The notes: generated by a model not told the origin, from the letters alone. 64,000 nucleotides of DNA from Pseudomonadota bacterium (GCA_022566715.1 JADFIH010000001.1:2420-66419), one strand, 5' to 3'; positions 9,169 through 18,144 are shown, counted from the first letter of the stretch. Numbers and translations are program-made.

Positions 9169-10712
9169 GCGAGGGGCTGCGTCCCGTAACGGTGCTCATC
9201 GCCGCGATGGGCGGCGAAGGCGGCGGCGTCCTCATGGATTGGATCGTCAGGGCCGCGCGATCCCTGAACCTGCCCGTGCAAGCGACGTCGGTTCCGGGCG
9301 TGGCGCAACGCACCGGGGCCACGACCTATTATGTGGAGCTCCTGGAGACGCCCCGCCAAGCGGACGACGCGCCGGAGCCGGTCATGGATCTGTATCCGGG
9401 CGTCGGCGATATCGATCTCATGATCTCCAGCGAATTGGTCGAGACGGCGCGCGCCATCGAGAGAGGGTTCGTCAGTCCCACGCGCACCACGTTGATCGCC
9501 TCCACCCACCGCGTCTATTCGATCCTCGAGAAGATGTCGATGGGCGATGCGCGCTACGACGGCGACCGCATCATCGCGGCGGCGGGCAAGATGGCGAAGC
9601 GCCGCATCATGTTCGATATGGAGCGCGCCGCGGGCCGGGTCGGATGCCCGATGAACTCCATAATCCTTGGCGCCATCGCCGGTAGCGGCCTGCTCCCGAT
9701 CGCGCCCGAGGTGTTCGAGGAGGGGATACGAACCGGCGGAAAGGCCGTGGAGGCGAACTTGGCGGGCTTCGCCGCGGGCCTTGCCTATGCGCGCGGCGAG
9801 GCCATGGAGGACCCCCCCGCAAAGGACTCCCGCCCCAAGCCGCCCACGTTGAACGGCGCGGCCTTGGCCCTGCGGGCCCGTGTCGAGAATGAATTTCCGG
9901 CGCAAACGCACACCATTCTTTTGGAGGCGGCGGGCCGGGTTCTCGATTACCAGGACCCCCGCTACGCCGCTCTCTATCTCGACCGATTGGCCGATTTCCT
10001 GTCCGTCGACAAGGCGCGCGCCGATTCGGATTACGAATTGACGCGCGAGGTGGGCCGCCACCTGGCCCTGCGCATGACCTACGAGGACATCATCCGGGTC
10101 GCGCAGTTGAAGACGCGGCGGTCGCGCTTCGAGCGCGTGCGCCGCGAGGTCGAGGCCGAACCGGGTCAGCTCGTGAAGATCACCGAGTTCCTGAAGCCCG
10201 GCGTCGAGGAATATGCCTCGGTGCTGCCGCCGTTCGTGGCGCGGCGAATCATTTCCTGGGCCGGCAAAAAGAAAAGCCGGGCGGCCAAACTCCAGATCGG
10301 CATGCACGTGCGGACGGATACGGTGTTCGGTTTCGCCAACCTGCGCCTGGTGGCGGGCTTGCGCCGCGTCCGCCGGCGCGGATACCGCTTCCAGCAGGAG
10401 CAAAAGCTGATCGAAGACTGGTTGGCGCTGGTCCGTGAGGCCGCCGCAGCCGACTACGCGCTGGCCCTCGAAACCACCGAGTGCGCCCGCCTGCTCAAGG
10501 GGTATGGCGATACCCACGCCCGGGGGGCCGAGAACTTCGCCCGCATCGCCGAGGCGGTCATCCGGCCCGCGATCGCAGGCCACGTCCGGGACGCCGCCAA
10601 GGCCGTGCGCCGGGCACGCGACTCCGCCCTTGCCGATCCCGAGGGCAAGGATCTCGCGGAGGTCTTGTCGGAGGTCGGCGCGGGCGCTGCCGCCGACGTC
10701 TCACCGTCCTAA
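9165..10712 (+). CDS. iorB: indolepyruvate:ferredoxin oxidoreductase beta subunit
   Basis: Start MSEGLRPVTVLIAAMGGEGGG at 9165, translationally coupled to iorA. The ORF-track start at 8841 is an in-frame upstream extension. Confidence 0.8.
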   Translation: MSEGLRPVTVLIAAMGGEGGGVLMDWIVRAARSLNLPVQATSVPGVAQRTGATTYYVELLETPRQADDAPEPVMDLYPGVGDIDLMISSELVETARAIERGFVSPTRTTLIASTHRVYSILEKMSMGDARYDGDRIIAAAGKMAKRRIMFDMERAAGRVGCPMNSIILGAIAGSGLLPIAPEVFEEGIRTGGKAVEANLAGFAAGLAYARGEAMEDPPAKDSRPKPPTLNGAALALRARVENEFPAQTHTILLEAAGRVLDYQDPRYAALYLDRLADFLSVDKARADSDYELTREVGRHLALRMTYEDIIRVAQLKTRRSRFERVRREVEAEPGQLVKITEFLKPGVEEYASVLPPFVARRIISWAGKKKSRAAKLQIGMHVRTDTVFGFANLRLVAGLRRVRRRGYRFQQEQKLIEDWLALVREAAAADYALALETTECARLLKGYGDTHARGAENFARIAEAVIRPAIAGHVRDAAKAVRRARDSALADPEGKDLAEVLSEVGAGAAADVSPS

Positions 10713-10865
10713 GCCGTGCCCAATTTATCTTTCGAAGTCCTCACCCTGAGCCTGTCGCCCTGCCGGAGCAAAGCCGCTCCGGCTAAAACTTTGGGGGCGA
10801 GGACAGGTGGCAAACCCTCATACTTCGACAGGCTCAGCATGAGGGCATAGCATTGTCTCAGGCGT
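10713..10865. repeat. alphaproteobacterial REP-like palindromic intergenic repeats (LSLSK-type)
   Basis: Contains CCTCACCCTGAGCCTGTCG and its partner CCCTCATACTTCGACAGGCTCAGCATGAGGG. Near-identical units recur at 15960-16110. Generates the spurious LMLSLSKYEG ORF. Confidence 0.6.
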
Positions 10866-12023
10866 CTACTGCGCGGCCTGGGCTTCCTCCTCGCCGAGGT
10901 GGCGCGTCGCCGGGAAGACCTCATCCCGCAGGTAGTCGAGGGTACGCGTTACGTGCTCGTCGAGAACGTTGCCGATCTTGATGCTGAGCCCGATGCGCGC
11001 GTTGCCGAGTTCCTTGTGCACGGTGTGAATTTGCTCGATCGCCATGTCGGGCGTGCCGCAGATCATTAGGCCGCACTCCATCTTTTCCTCGAAGGACAAG
11101 CCGCCCATGCGCATGTTGACGAATTTTTTCGCCTGTTCCTTCGCCGTCTTCTGGTCCTGGTAGTAGCGCGTCTTCTGCACCACGAGCTTTTGCGCCGTGC
11201 GGATACCACCGCCGAGCACACCAAAGAAATATTCCTGTCCGCTCTTTAGAATCTTGATGGCCTCGTCCTTGGTAGGCGCGATGCAGCAGTTCAAGCCAAC
11301 CGTGAAGTCGAGCGGCCCGGGTTCCCAGCCATATTCCCGGGCGAAGGTGCGATACCGTTCCATGCTGCGGCGCCCATCGTCCATGTCCGAGAGGGCAAGA
11401 AGGCCGGCGATGGCCCGGTGCTTGGCCGCCAGCTTGGCCGATTGTTCGCTCGCCGCGGACATGAGAATCGGCGGGAGGGGCTGCTGCACCGGCTTGGGCC
11501 AGATGGAGACGGCGCGGAACTGATAGTGCTCGCCTTCCCAGCCGAAGGGCTCCGTTTCGGTCCAGCATTTCTTGATCAGTTCCACCGCCTCGTTCATGCG
11601 ACTGTAGGATTCGCTGGGCGGTTCGTTGTAGGCGATATATTCGTGCGGGATGCCGCGCATGAACCCGGCGATCAACCGGCCGCCGCTGAGCACGTCGATC
11701 ATGGCGTACTCTTCCGCGACGCGGATCGGGTTCGCGATCGGCAGGATATTGCCCGACTGCAAGATGCCCGCCTTGGTTGTCTGGTGCGCGAGGACCGCTC
11801 CCACGAGATTCGGGTTGGGCATAAGGCCATAGGGGCTCATGTGATGCTCGTTGCAGCCGATCCAGTCGAAGCCGGCCTGCTCCGCGTAGATCTTGTCCTT
11901 GATGTAGGCCTTGAACATCTTCACGCCCTTTTGCGGGTCGAACTGTTTGTTCGGCACCGGCCAGTCCTGACCCGCCCGGTCGATATCGGTGTAGGGCATG
12001 TGGTGGGTATAGGAATAACGCAC
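10866..12023 (-). CDS. LLM-class (luciferase-like) flavin-dependent monooxygenase, paralog 1
   Basis: 385 aa with a bacterial-luciferase fold (GCNEHHMSPYG, NPxL, GRL). Shows DKCMO-like features. Confidence 0.75.
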   Translation of the reverse strand: MRYSYTHHMPYTDIDRAGQDWPVPNKQFDPQKGVKMFKAYIKDKIYAEQAGFDWIGCNEHHMSPYGLMPNPNLVGAVLAHQTTKAGILQSGNILPIANPIRVAEEYAMIDVLSGGRLIAGFMRGIPHEYIAYNEPPSESYSRMNEAVELIKKCWTETEPFGWEGEHYQFRAVSIWPKPVQQPLPPILMSAASEQSAKLAAKHRAIAGLLALSDMDDGRRSMERYRTFAREYGWEPGPLDFTVGLNCCIAPTKDEAIKILKSGQEYFFGVLGGGIRTAQKLVVQKTRYYQDQKTAKEQAKKFVNMRMGGLSFEEKMECGLMICGTPDMAIEQIHTVHKELGNARIGLSIKIGNVLDEHVTRTLDYLRDEVFPATRHLGEEEAQAAQ

Positions 12024-12034
12024 GGTCTTTCCCC

Positions 12035-12844
12035 CTATGCAGTCGCCGCCGCCGCGTCGAGGCCGGCCGCTTCATCGCCCCAGTTCACCAAGAAGCCTTC
12101 GGCCCGGGTCAGGAAGTCGCGAACCAAAAGCGAAACCCGCTCCGGCTGGTCGATCTCCATGACGTGGGCCGCGTCATAGACGTAGACCAAGAAGGAGCGC
12201 GGGATGAGGCTCTTGAGCAGGCGCGGGCTCTCCTCGGGGATGGCGCCGTCCTCGGTGCCGTGGAGGATCAGGGTCAGGGTCTCGATCTCGCCCAGCCGCG
12301 CGACGAGCGCCTTGTCCATGGGCGATGCATCGTGATAGTGGCCCATGGCCTTACGGTTGTGCGCCACCGTCTCCTCGGGCTTGCCGTCCTCCGGAATCTT
12401 TTCCGGGTGGGCGTACATCTGCTTGACGAATTCCGCGGGATCGCTGGCCAGACCGACGGCGCCGTCCGGCCTGAATCCGGCCGGCCCCTCCAAAACCATC
12501 TGGCCAATCTTGCCGCCATGCAGGACGGCGAGCCACGCCGCGGTCCAGCCGCCAAAGGAGTAGCCGATGACGTCGCACGGACCGCCGATCACCGTGTCGA
12601 TGAATTCGCCGGCGAGATCCGCCAGCCCTTGCATCGAATCGACGCCGTCGAGAAACGGCGTGCCGTCGAACCCGGGCGTCACCGGCATGAAAATTTTAAA
12701 GGATTCGGCCCAGTCGTTGATCGGCTTGCTGGCGAGCCGCACGCCGCCACCGCTGTGCAGATAGAGGACCGGCGGTCCGTCGCCGCCGACAAAATATTTG
12801 ACGGCCCCGGCCGATAGTTTGGCTTCTTTTTCCTGAAAGGTCAT
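12035..12844 (-). CDS. alpha/beta-fold hydrolase
   Basis: 269 aa. HSGGG oxyanion region, GYSFGG nucleophile elbow, and a C-terminal His. Confidence 0.75.
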   Translation of the reverse strand: MTFQEKEAKLSAGAVKYFVGGDGPPVLYLHSGGGVRLASKPINDWAESFKIFMPVTPGFDGTPFLDGVDSMQGLADLAGEFIDTVIGGPCDVIGYSFGGWTAAWLAVLHGGKIGQMVLEGPAGFRPDGAVGLASDPAEFVKQMYAHPEKIPEDGKPEETVAHNRKAMGHYHDASPMDKALVARLGEIETLTLILHGTEDGAIPEESPRLLKSLIPRSFLVYVYDAAHVMEIDQPERVSLLVRDFLTRAEGFLVNWGDEAAGLDAAAATA

Positions 12845-12874
12845 TGCAACACCTGTTTCACGAGGAGGATGTTC

Positions 12875-13993
12875 TCACAAATCGCGTACGTGAGGCAGCA
12901 CCTGGTCTTTGAACAGGTCCATGCCCTTATAGATTGTTTCATCGGGTATGTTGCCCACTTTCATGTTGATGTTCGTCACGCCATGGCCCATGGCCGCGTG
13001 CACGTGCTTGAGCTGGTCGACCACCATCTTGGGCGTTCCACAGAGGATGGTGCCCTGATCGAGCAGGTCGTCCACCGAAATTTGAGCGGATTTGCGCGCA
13101 TCGACGAACTTGCCTTTCATCTCGTCGCCGTAATAACGGGTCTTTTGCAGCACCAATTTCTGCGCCGTGCGAAGCCCGCCACCCAATACCTCGGCGAAGA
13201 ACCGCCGGCCGTTGGTGAGAGTTTCCTTGGCCTCGTCGGCGTCTTCCGCGAGCGAAAGCGTCAAGCTGACGAGAACGTCTTCCGGTTTCGGATCGAATCC
13301 GTGTGCCTTGGCCGACTCTCGATAGATGTCGATCAGATTCCGCGCGTCATCGAACGTTTTCAATTGCGCGATGCCGAACATCGCACCGAATCGACCGGCG
13401 ATCTCCGCCGAGCGTGGCGAACTGCCCGACATGATGATCCGCGGGTGCGGTTGTTGGATGGGGCGCGGCCATATCGAGACGGCCCGGTATTGGTAGTACT
13501 CGCCTTCCCAGCCGAAGGGCTCTGGCTCGGTCCAGGCCTTTATGATGAGCTGCGTCGCCTCGATCAGGCGGCCATAGGACTCGCTCGGCGCCATGTTGTA
13601 GGCAACGTACTCGTGCGGAATGCCGCGGAACATGCCCGCAACGAGCCGGCCACCGCTCAGCACGTCGAGCATGGCGTACTCCTCCGCGACACGCAGCGGG
13701 TTCAGCAATGGGATCAGGTTGCCGACCATGGCGATCTTGATGCGCGTGGTGCGCTGGATCAGCGAAGCCCCGATGAGGTTCGGGTTCGACATCATGCCGA
13801 ACGGGCTCATGTGGTGTTCGTTGCAGCCCACCCAATCGAAGCCGCACTCCTCCGCATACACCATATTGTCGAGGTAGGCGTTGTAGAGCTTCTCGCCCGT
13901 TCGCGGATCGAACCGTTTGTTGGGCACCGGCCAGTCCTGAGTGTGCTCCGGACTCTCCGTGTACGGCATCAAATGAAAGTACGCGAACTTCAT
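12875..13993 (-). CDS. LLM-class (luciferase-like) flavin-dependent monooxygenase, paralog 2
   Basis: Roughly 55-60% identical to the 10866-12023 product. Probable start MKFAYFHLMPYT at 13993. Confidence 0.75.
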   Translation of the reverse strand: MKFAYFHLMPYTESPEHTQDWPVPNKRFDPRTGEKLYNAYLDNMVYAEECGFDWVGCNEHHMSPFGMMSNPNLIGASLIQRTTRIKIAMVGNLIPLLNPLRVAEEYAMLDVLSGGRLVAGMFRGIPHEYVAYNMAPSESYGRLIEATQLIIKAWTEPEPFGWEGEYYQYRAVSIWPRPIQQPHPRIIMSGSSPRSAEIAGRFGAMFGIAQLKTFDDARNLIDIYRESAKAHGFDPKPEDVLVSLTLSLAEDADEAKETLTNGRRFFAEVLGGGLRTAQKLVLQKTRYYGDEMKGKFVDARKSAQISVDDLLDQGTILCGTPKMVVDQLKHVHAAMGHGVTNINMKVGNIPDETIYKGMDLFKDQVLPHVRDL

Positions 13994-14215
13994 GCCCCCC
14001 CCCCAACGCCCGGCCTCGCCGCACGCGCCCTGCGGGCTCATTCAGCGTTACAGCAAAGCGTTTGGCGATTCCACGCCCTGGGGCTAAGAGTCCACAGTTC
14101 GGACAATCCATCGAGAGCGACGGTTTGATGACGGCGAGCGAGGGTTTAAGATCGGGCCGGGCTCGCGGGGGCGAGTGATCGGTGACGACCTAGCCGGCCA
14201 CGAGGGAGAGCAGGG

Positions 14216-15022
14216 GTGGCGAAGTTCCAACAGGAAATGATTTCGGTCGCGGGGTGCCGAGTGAGCGTGTTCCGCGGTGGCGCGGGTGAGCCCCTTCTGC
14301 ACCTGCACGGCGCGGGCGTTGTCCGCAGCGTTATGCCGTTCATGGAATTTCTGGCCGAGACCTTCGACGTGATCATCCCGCAGCATCCGGGCTTCGGCGA
14401 CTCGGACGAACCCGATTGGCTGGAGGGGATGGGGGACCTGGCCTATTTCTATCTCGAATTCATGGAGCAACTGGATCTGCGCGGCGTTCATCTCGGCGGA
14501 ACGAGCCTGGGCGGCTGGCTCGCCATGGAGGTCGCCCTGCGCAACACCGAACGCCTGAAAACGCTCACGCTGGTCGGCGCCGGCGGCATCCATGTCGAGG
14601 GAGTCGAGCGCGGCAAATCACGCGAATGGGGACCGCAGGAGACCATGCGCCAAGTGATCTACAACCAGGTGCTGGCCGAGAAGATGATCGCCACGATGCC
14701 GGCGAACCCGGAACAGGACCCGGTTCACCAGAAAAACCGGCGCACCATCGGCAAGCTTGTCAAGCCGCCGACCTACAATCCCGATATCCAGAAGTGGGCG
14801 CACATCGTGAAGATTCCGGTTCACATCATTTGGGGAGATCACGACCGCCTGCTGCCGATGGCGTTCGCGCCCGAATACGCGAAGCTGTTCGACGACGCCA
14901 CGCTCGACATCATGAAAGAGTGCGGCCACATTCCCTACATGGAGAAGCCGCGCGAGTATGCGGACGTGATCACCCGGTTCATCCAAAAGGCCACGCAGAC
15001 GGAGAACGCCGGCGCCAGGTAA
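14216..15022 (+). CDS. alpha/beta-fold hydrolase
   Basis: 268 aa. HLHGAG, GTSLGG nucleophile elbow, catalytic His near C-terminus (ECGHIP). Confidence 0.75.
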   Translation: MAKFQQEMISVAGCRVSVFRGGAGEPLLHLHGAGVVRSVMPFMEFLAETFDVIIPQHPGFGDSDEPDWLEGMGDLAYFYLEFMEQLDLRGVHLGGTSLGGWLAMEVALRNTERLKTLTLVGAGGIHVEGVERGKSREWGPQETMRQVIYNQVLAEKMIATMPANPEQDPVHQKNRRTIGKLVKPPTYNPDIQKWAHIVKIPVHIIWGDHDRLLPMAFAPEYAKLFDDATLDIMKECGHIPYMEKPREYADVITRFIQKATQTENAGAR

Positions 15023-15108
15023 GGCGCACCGGCGTCCCGCCCGCCAATACGGCGAGGGGAAGAGTTCTGAAACCGCAAACCCTGGGCGATGTCACGGTTT
15101 CGAAACTG

Positions 15109-15936
15109 GTGGAATTCGAAACCCCGTTCATCGGGCGGCAATACGCCCTCCCCGAGTCCACGCGCGAGGTTTTCGACGCCCACCGGGATTGGCTCGCGCC
15201 GCATTTCTTCGATTACTCGGCCGATCTCCTGATCTTCAGCTTCCATACCTTTATCCTGAAGACGCCGCATCACACGATCCTTGTCGATACCTGCGTCGGC
15301 AACCACAAGGAGCGGCCGCTCGAGCACTGGCATATGCGCGACGGGCCCTATCTCGAAGACATGCGCGCGGCCGGCGTGGCGCCCGAATCGGTCGACTATG
15401 TCATGTGCACGCATCTGCACGCCGATCACACCGGCTGGAACACCCGGCTTCGGGATGGCCGTTGGGTCCCCACGTTTCCCAACGCCAAGTATTTGTTTTC
15501 AAAAGACGATTGGAACTTCTTCCAAGACCTGAAAGAGGGCGATCCCGGCTATGCCGCCCTGCGGGACAGTGTCCTGCCGATCATGGAGGCGGGACAGGCG
15601 CAACTCGTGGACAAGGACTTTCAGTTCGACGACGCGGTCCGCGTGGAGCCGACGCCGGGGCACACGCCCGGCCATTACGCCGTCCATCTGTCCTCGAAAG
15701 GCCGGGAGGGCGTTCTGTCCGGCGATCTCATCCATAGTCCGGTGCAGATCAACCGGCCGGACTGGTCGAGCAAGTTCTGCAACGACCCCGACCGGTCCCG
15801 CGAGACGCGCATCGAGTTCGTCGACCGATACGCCGATACGGACGTCATGCTTTTCGCCGCGCACTTCGGCGGGCCGACGGCGGGGCACATTCGCGCGGAC
15901 GGCGATGCCTGCAAGTTTCAGGTCGTCGAGGGCTAG
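15109..15936 (+). CDS. MBL-fold metallo-hydrolase (AHL-lactonase-like)
   Basis: HLHADHTGW (HxHxDH) zinc motif plus downstream His/Asp ligands. No in-frame ATG between the upstream stop (15022) and the motif, so start is uncertain. GTG at 15109 is the first canonical start; an alternative lies near 15064. Confidence 0.6.
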   Translation: MEFETPFIGRQYALPESTREVFDAHRDWLAPHFFDYSADLLIFSFHTFILKTPHHTILVDTCVGNHKERPLEHWHMRDGPYLEDMRAAGVAPESVDYVMCTHLHADHTGWNTRLRDGRWVPTFPNAKYLFSKDDWNFFQDLKEGDPGYAALRDSVLPIMEAGQAQLVDKDFQFDDAVRVEPTPGHTPGHYAVHLSSKGREGVLSGDLIHSPVQINRPDWSSKFCNDPDRSRETRIEFVDRYADTDVMLFAAHFGGPTAGHIRADGDACKFQVVEG

Positions 15937-16120
15937 GCCGAGCCGTTGTTTTTGAGCCGGTGAACTCGTCCTTCGACAGGCTCAAGACGAGGCCTCATGC
16001 TGAGCTTGTCGAAGTATGGGGGAGTTCCCTCTAGGAGGTTCTCCGCCTGAGCACGTTGATGGCCTCATGCTGAGCTTGTCGAAGTATGAGGGGGGAATAA
16101 AGGCGCCGTCGTTACCGGTT
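15937..16120. repeat. REP-like palindromic repeats (two units, LSLSK-type)
   Basis: GGCCTCATGCTGAGCTTGTCGAAGTATG(G/A)GGGG occurs twice. It is the reverse complement of the unit at 10820-10850. Confidence 0.6.
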
Positions 16121-16612
16121 TCATTTTGGTTTTCGGCGAAACGGCGTCCTTCGAAGCGCCGTTTTACGCTTCAGCGGCGTCTTGCGTTTTAACGCCGTTT
16201 TTTGGACCAATGTTCGACGCGTCGGAGCTTTGCGGACTTTTCCGGTCGCTTGAGATTTGGAAACGCCGGTCTCGACCGGTCCGGGCTCAGTTTCAAGGCT
16301 GTGGCCAAGCGCAACGTTCGAGGTCCCGGCGGCCTCACCCGTGGCGACGTAAAGCGCGGCCTTTGAAGCCGTAACGGCGGGCAGCATGACGATAATTTCT
16401 CCCGCGCTATTGCGTGAAGGTTCAGGGATATCCTCACGGTTTGCCATGCGCGCGGCAATCGCCTCTTCAAGGCAATCGGCGGCGCGCGCGATCGCCTCCG
16501 CCACATCGGCGCCTTCGGTAAGCGCCTCCGGCAAATCGGGGAAACTCACGATCATGGTGCCGGACGGCGATTCCTCGAGGTCCGCGGGAAAGGCAAAGGT
16601 CGGGTTCGCCAT
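16121..16612 (-). CDS. HicB-family antitoxin-like protein with Lys/Arg-rich C-terminal tail
   Basis: N-terminal region (MIVSFPDLPEALTEGADVAEAIARAADCLEEAIAARM, then EDIPEPS) fits the HicB/UPF0150 fold. C-terminal 40 aa are KRKT/ALRRT repeats, histone-H1-like. No adjacent HicA. Confidence 0.45.
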   Translation of the reverse strand: MANPTFAFPADLEESPSGTMIVSFPDLPEALTEGADVAEAIARAADCLEEAIAARMANREDIPEPSRNSAGEIIVMLPAVTASKAALYVATGEAAGTSNVALGHSLETEPGPVETGVSKSQATGKVRKAPTRRTLVQKTALKRKTPLKRKTALRRTPFRRKPK

Positions 16613-16759
16613 CGTCAGTCCTCGGAATTTGGCGGGATCTGCTCGCAGTTGCTTAGGAAGTCTGGTCACAAATGCGGGCGAATACAGCCTACACAGAGGC
16701 CGGGTAAAATGTCCGAAAGTAAAGTGCTAAATCGGGCAAATGTGTCCGAACGGATTCCC

Positions 16760-16787
16760 AAAAAAAAGCGGCGCCCGAAGGCGCCGC
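16760..16787 (-). terminator. intrinsic terminator downstream of aceA
   Basis: Minus-strand read GCGGCGCC-TTCG-GGCGCCGC followed by T8, 40 nt after the aceA stop. Confidence 0.7.
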
Positions 16788-16824
16788 AATGGTTGAAAGG
16801 TCGGAGGGCCTTCCGGGCCGCGGA

Positions 16825-18144
16825 CTACTCCGCGGCCGTGTCCAGGGCCCCTTGGTGGAACTGGGCGTCTTCGGTCGAGTCCCTGAGCGCCGTCGTCGAG
16901 GACCGCCCGGCGCTGATCGTCATGGACACCGCATCGAAATAACCCGTGCCGACTTCGCGTTGATGGCGGGTGGCCGAGTAGCCCCGGCCTTCGGCGGCGA
17001 ACTCGGCATCTTGCAGCTCCGAGTAGGCGGCCATGCCGCGCTCGGCGTAGCCGGTGGCCAATTCGAACATGCCGTAGTTGAGGGCATGGAACCCCGCCAG
17101 GGTCACGAACTGGAACTTATAGCCCATGGCCCCGATCTCGCGTTGGAAGCGGGCGATATCGTTGCGGTCGAGATTGGCCGACCAGTTGAACGACGGCGAG
17201 CAGTTGTAGGCCAGCATCTTGCCGGGAAATTCCGCGTGGATCGCATCGGCAAAGCGCCGCGCCTGATCGAGGTTGGGCGTGGACGTCTCCATCCACAGAA
17301 GGTCGGCGTAAGGCGCGTAGGCGAGCCCGCGCGCGACGCAGCGCTCGAAGGAGAGCCCCTCCTTGTGCCGGTAGTAGCCCTCGGCCGTGCGCTCGCCGGT
17401 AATGAACGGCCGGTCGCGCTCGTCCACGTCGCTGGTCAGCAGCTTCGCGCTTTCCGCGTCGGTGCGGGCCAGGATGATCGTGGGCACGCCCATCACATCG
17501 GCGGCAAGCCGCGCCGCGGAAAGATTGGCGATGTGCTGCTGGGTCGGGATGAGCACCTTGCCGCCCATGTGACCGCACTTCTTTTCCGAAGCCAGCTGGT
17601 CCTCGAAGTGCACCGCGGCCACGCCCGATTCGATGTAGGCCTTGGTCAATTCGAAGGCGTTGAGCACGCCGCCGAAGCCCGCTTCGGCGTCCGCGACGAT
17701 CGGCGCAAACCAGTGCGTGGCACCGCCGCCTTCCATGTGCTGGATTTGATCGGCGCGCTGGAAGGTGTTGTTGATGCGCCGCGCAAGCTCGGGGCCGCTG
17801 TCGACGGGATAGAGACTCTGGTCGGGGTACATGGCGCCCGCCGAATTCGCATCGGCGGCGACCTGCCAGCCCGAGAGATAAATGGCCTTGAGACCCGCGC
17901 GCACCATTTGCATGGCCTGGTTGCCCGACAGCGCGCCTAGCGATGCGACGTAATCTTCCTCATGCAGAAGCGTCCACAGGCGATCGGAACCCATGCGGGC
18001 AAGCGTGTGCTCGACGTGAACGGAGCCGCGCAGTTTGGCCACGTCAGCCTTGGTGTAGCCGCGCCGGATGCCGTCCCAGCGGTTCGCCGGAACCGGCGCC
18101 GTCGTCCAATCAAGCGCAGCCATGTCAAGTGTCGCGTCAGCCAT
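16825..18144 (-). CDS. aceA: isocitrate lyase
   Basis: KKCGHMGGK catalytic motif. About 440 aa. Probable start [11 protein letters not shown]. Confidence 0.9.
   Translation of the reverse strand: MADATLDMAALDWTTAPVPANRWDGIRRGYTKADVAKLRGSVHVEHTLARMGSDRLWTLLHEEDYVASLGALSGNQAMQMVRAGLKAIYLSGWQVAADANSAGAMYPDQSLYPVDSGPELARRINNTFQRADQIQHMEGGGATHWFAPIVADAEAGFGGVLNAFELTKAYIESGVAAVHFEDQLASEKKCGHMGGKVLIPTQQHIANLSAARLAADVMGVPTIILARTDAESAKLLTSDVDERDRPFITGERTAEGYYRHKEGLSFERCVARGLAYAPYADLLWMETSTPNLDQARRFADAIHAEFPGKMLAYNCSPSFNWSANLDRNDIARFQREIGAMGYKFQFVTLAGFHALNYGMFELATGYAERGMAAYSELQDAEFAAEGRGYSATRHQREVGTGYFDAVSMTISAGRSSTTALRDSTEDAQFHQGALDTAAE

Noticed and set aside
10709-10924. 71-aa ORF containing LMLSLSKYEG.
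   Set aside because: Classic artefact of translating the alphaproteobacterial REP element. It overlaps the repeat cluster and the 3' end of the LLM gene.
14416-15936. A 506-aa ORF spanning the alpha/beta-hydrolase and MBL genes as one protein.
   Set aside because: Its first 200 codons are an out-of-frame read-through of the ABH gene (14216-15022) with a low-complexity translation. Only the C-terminal part, after the ABH stop, carries the MBL domain.
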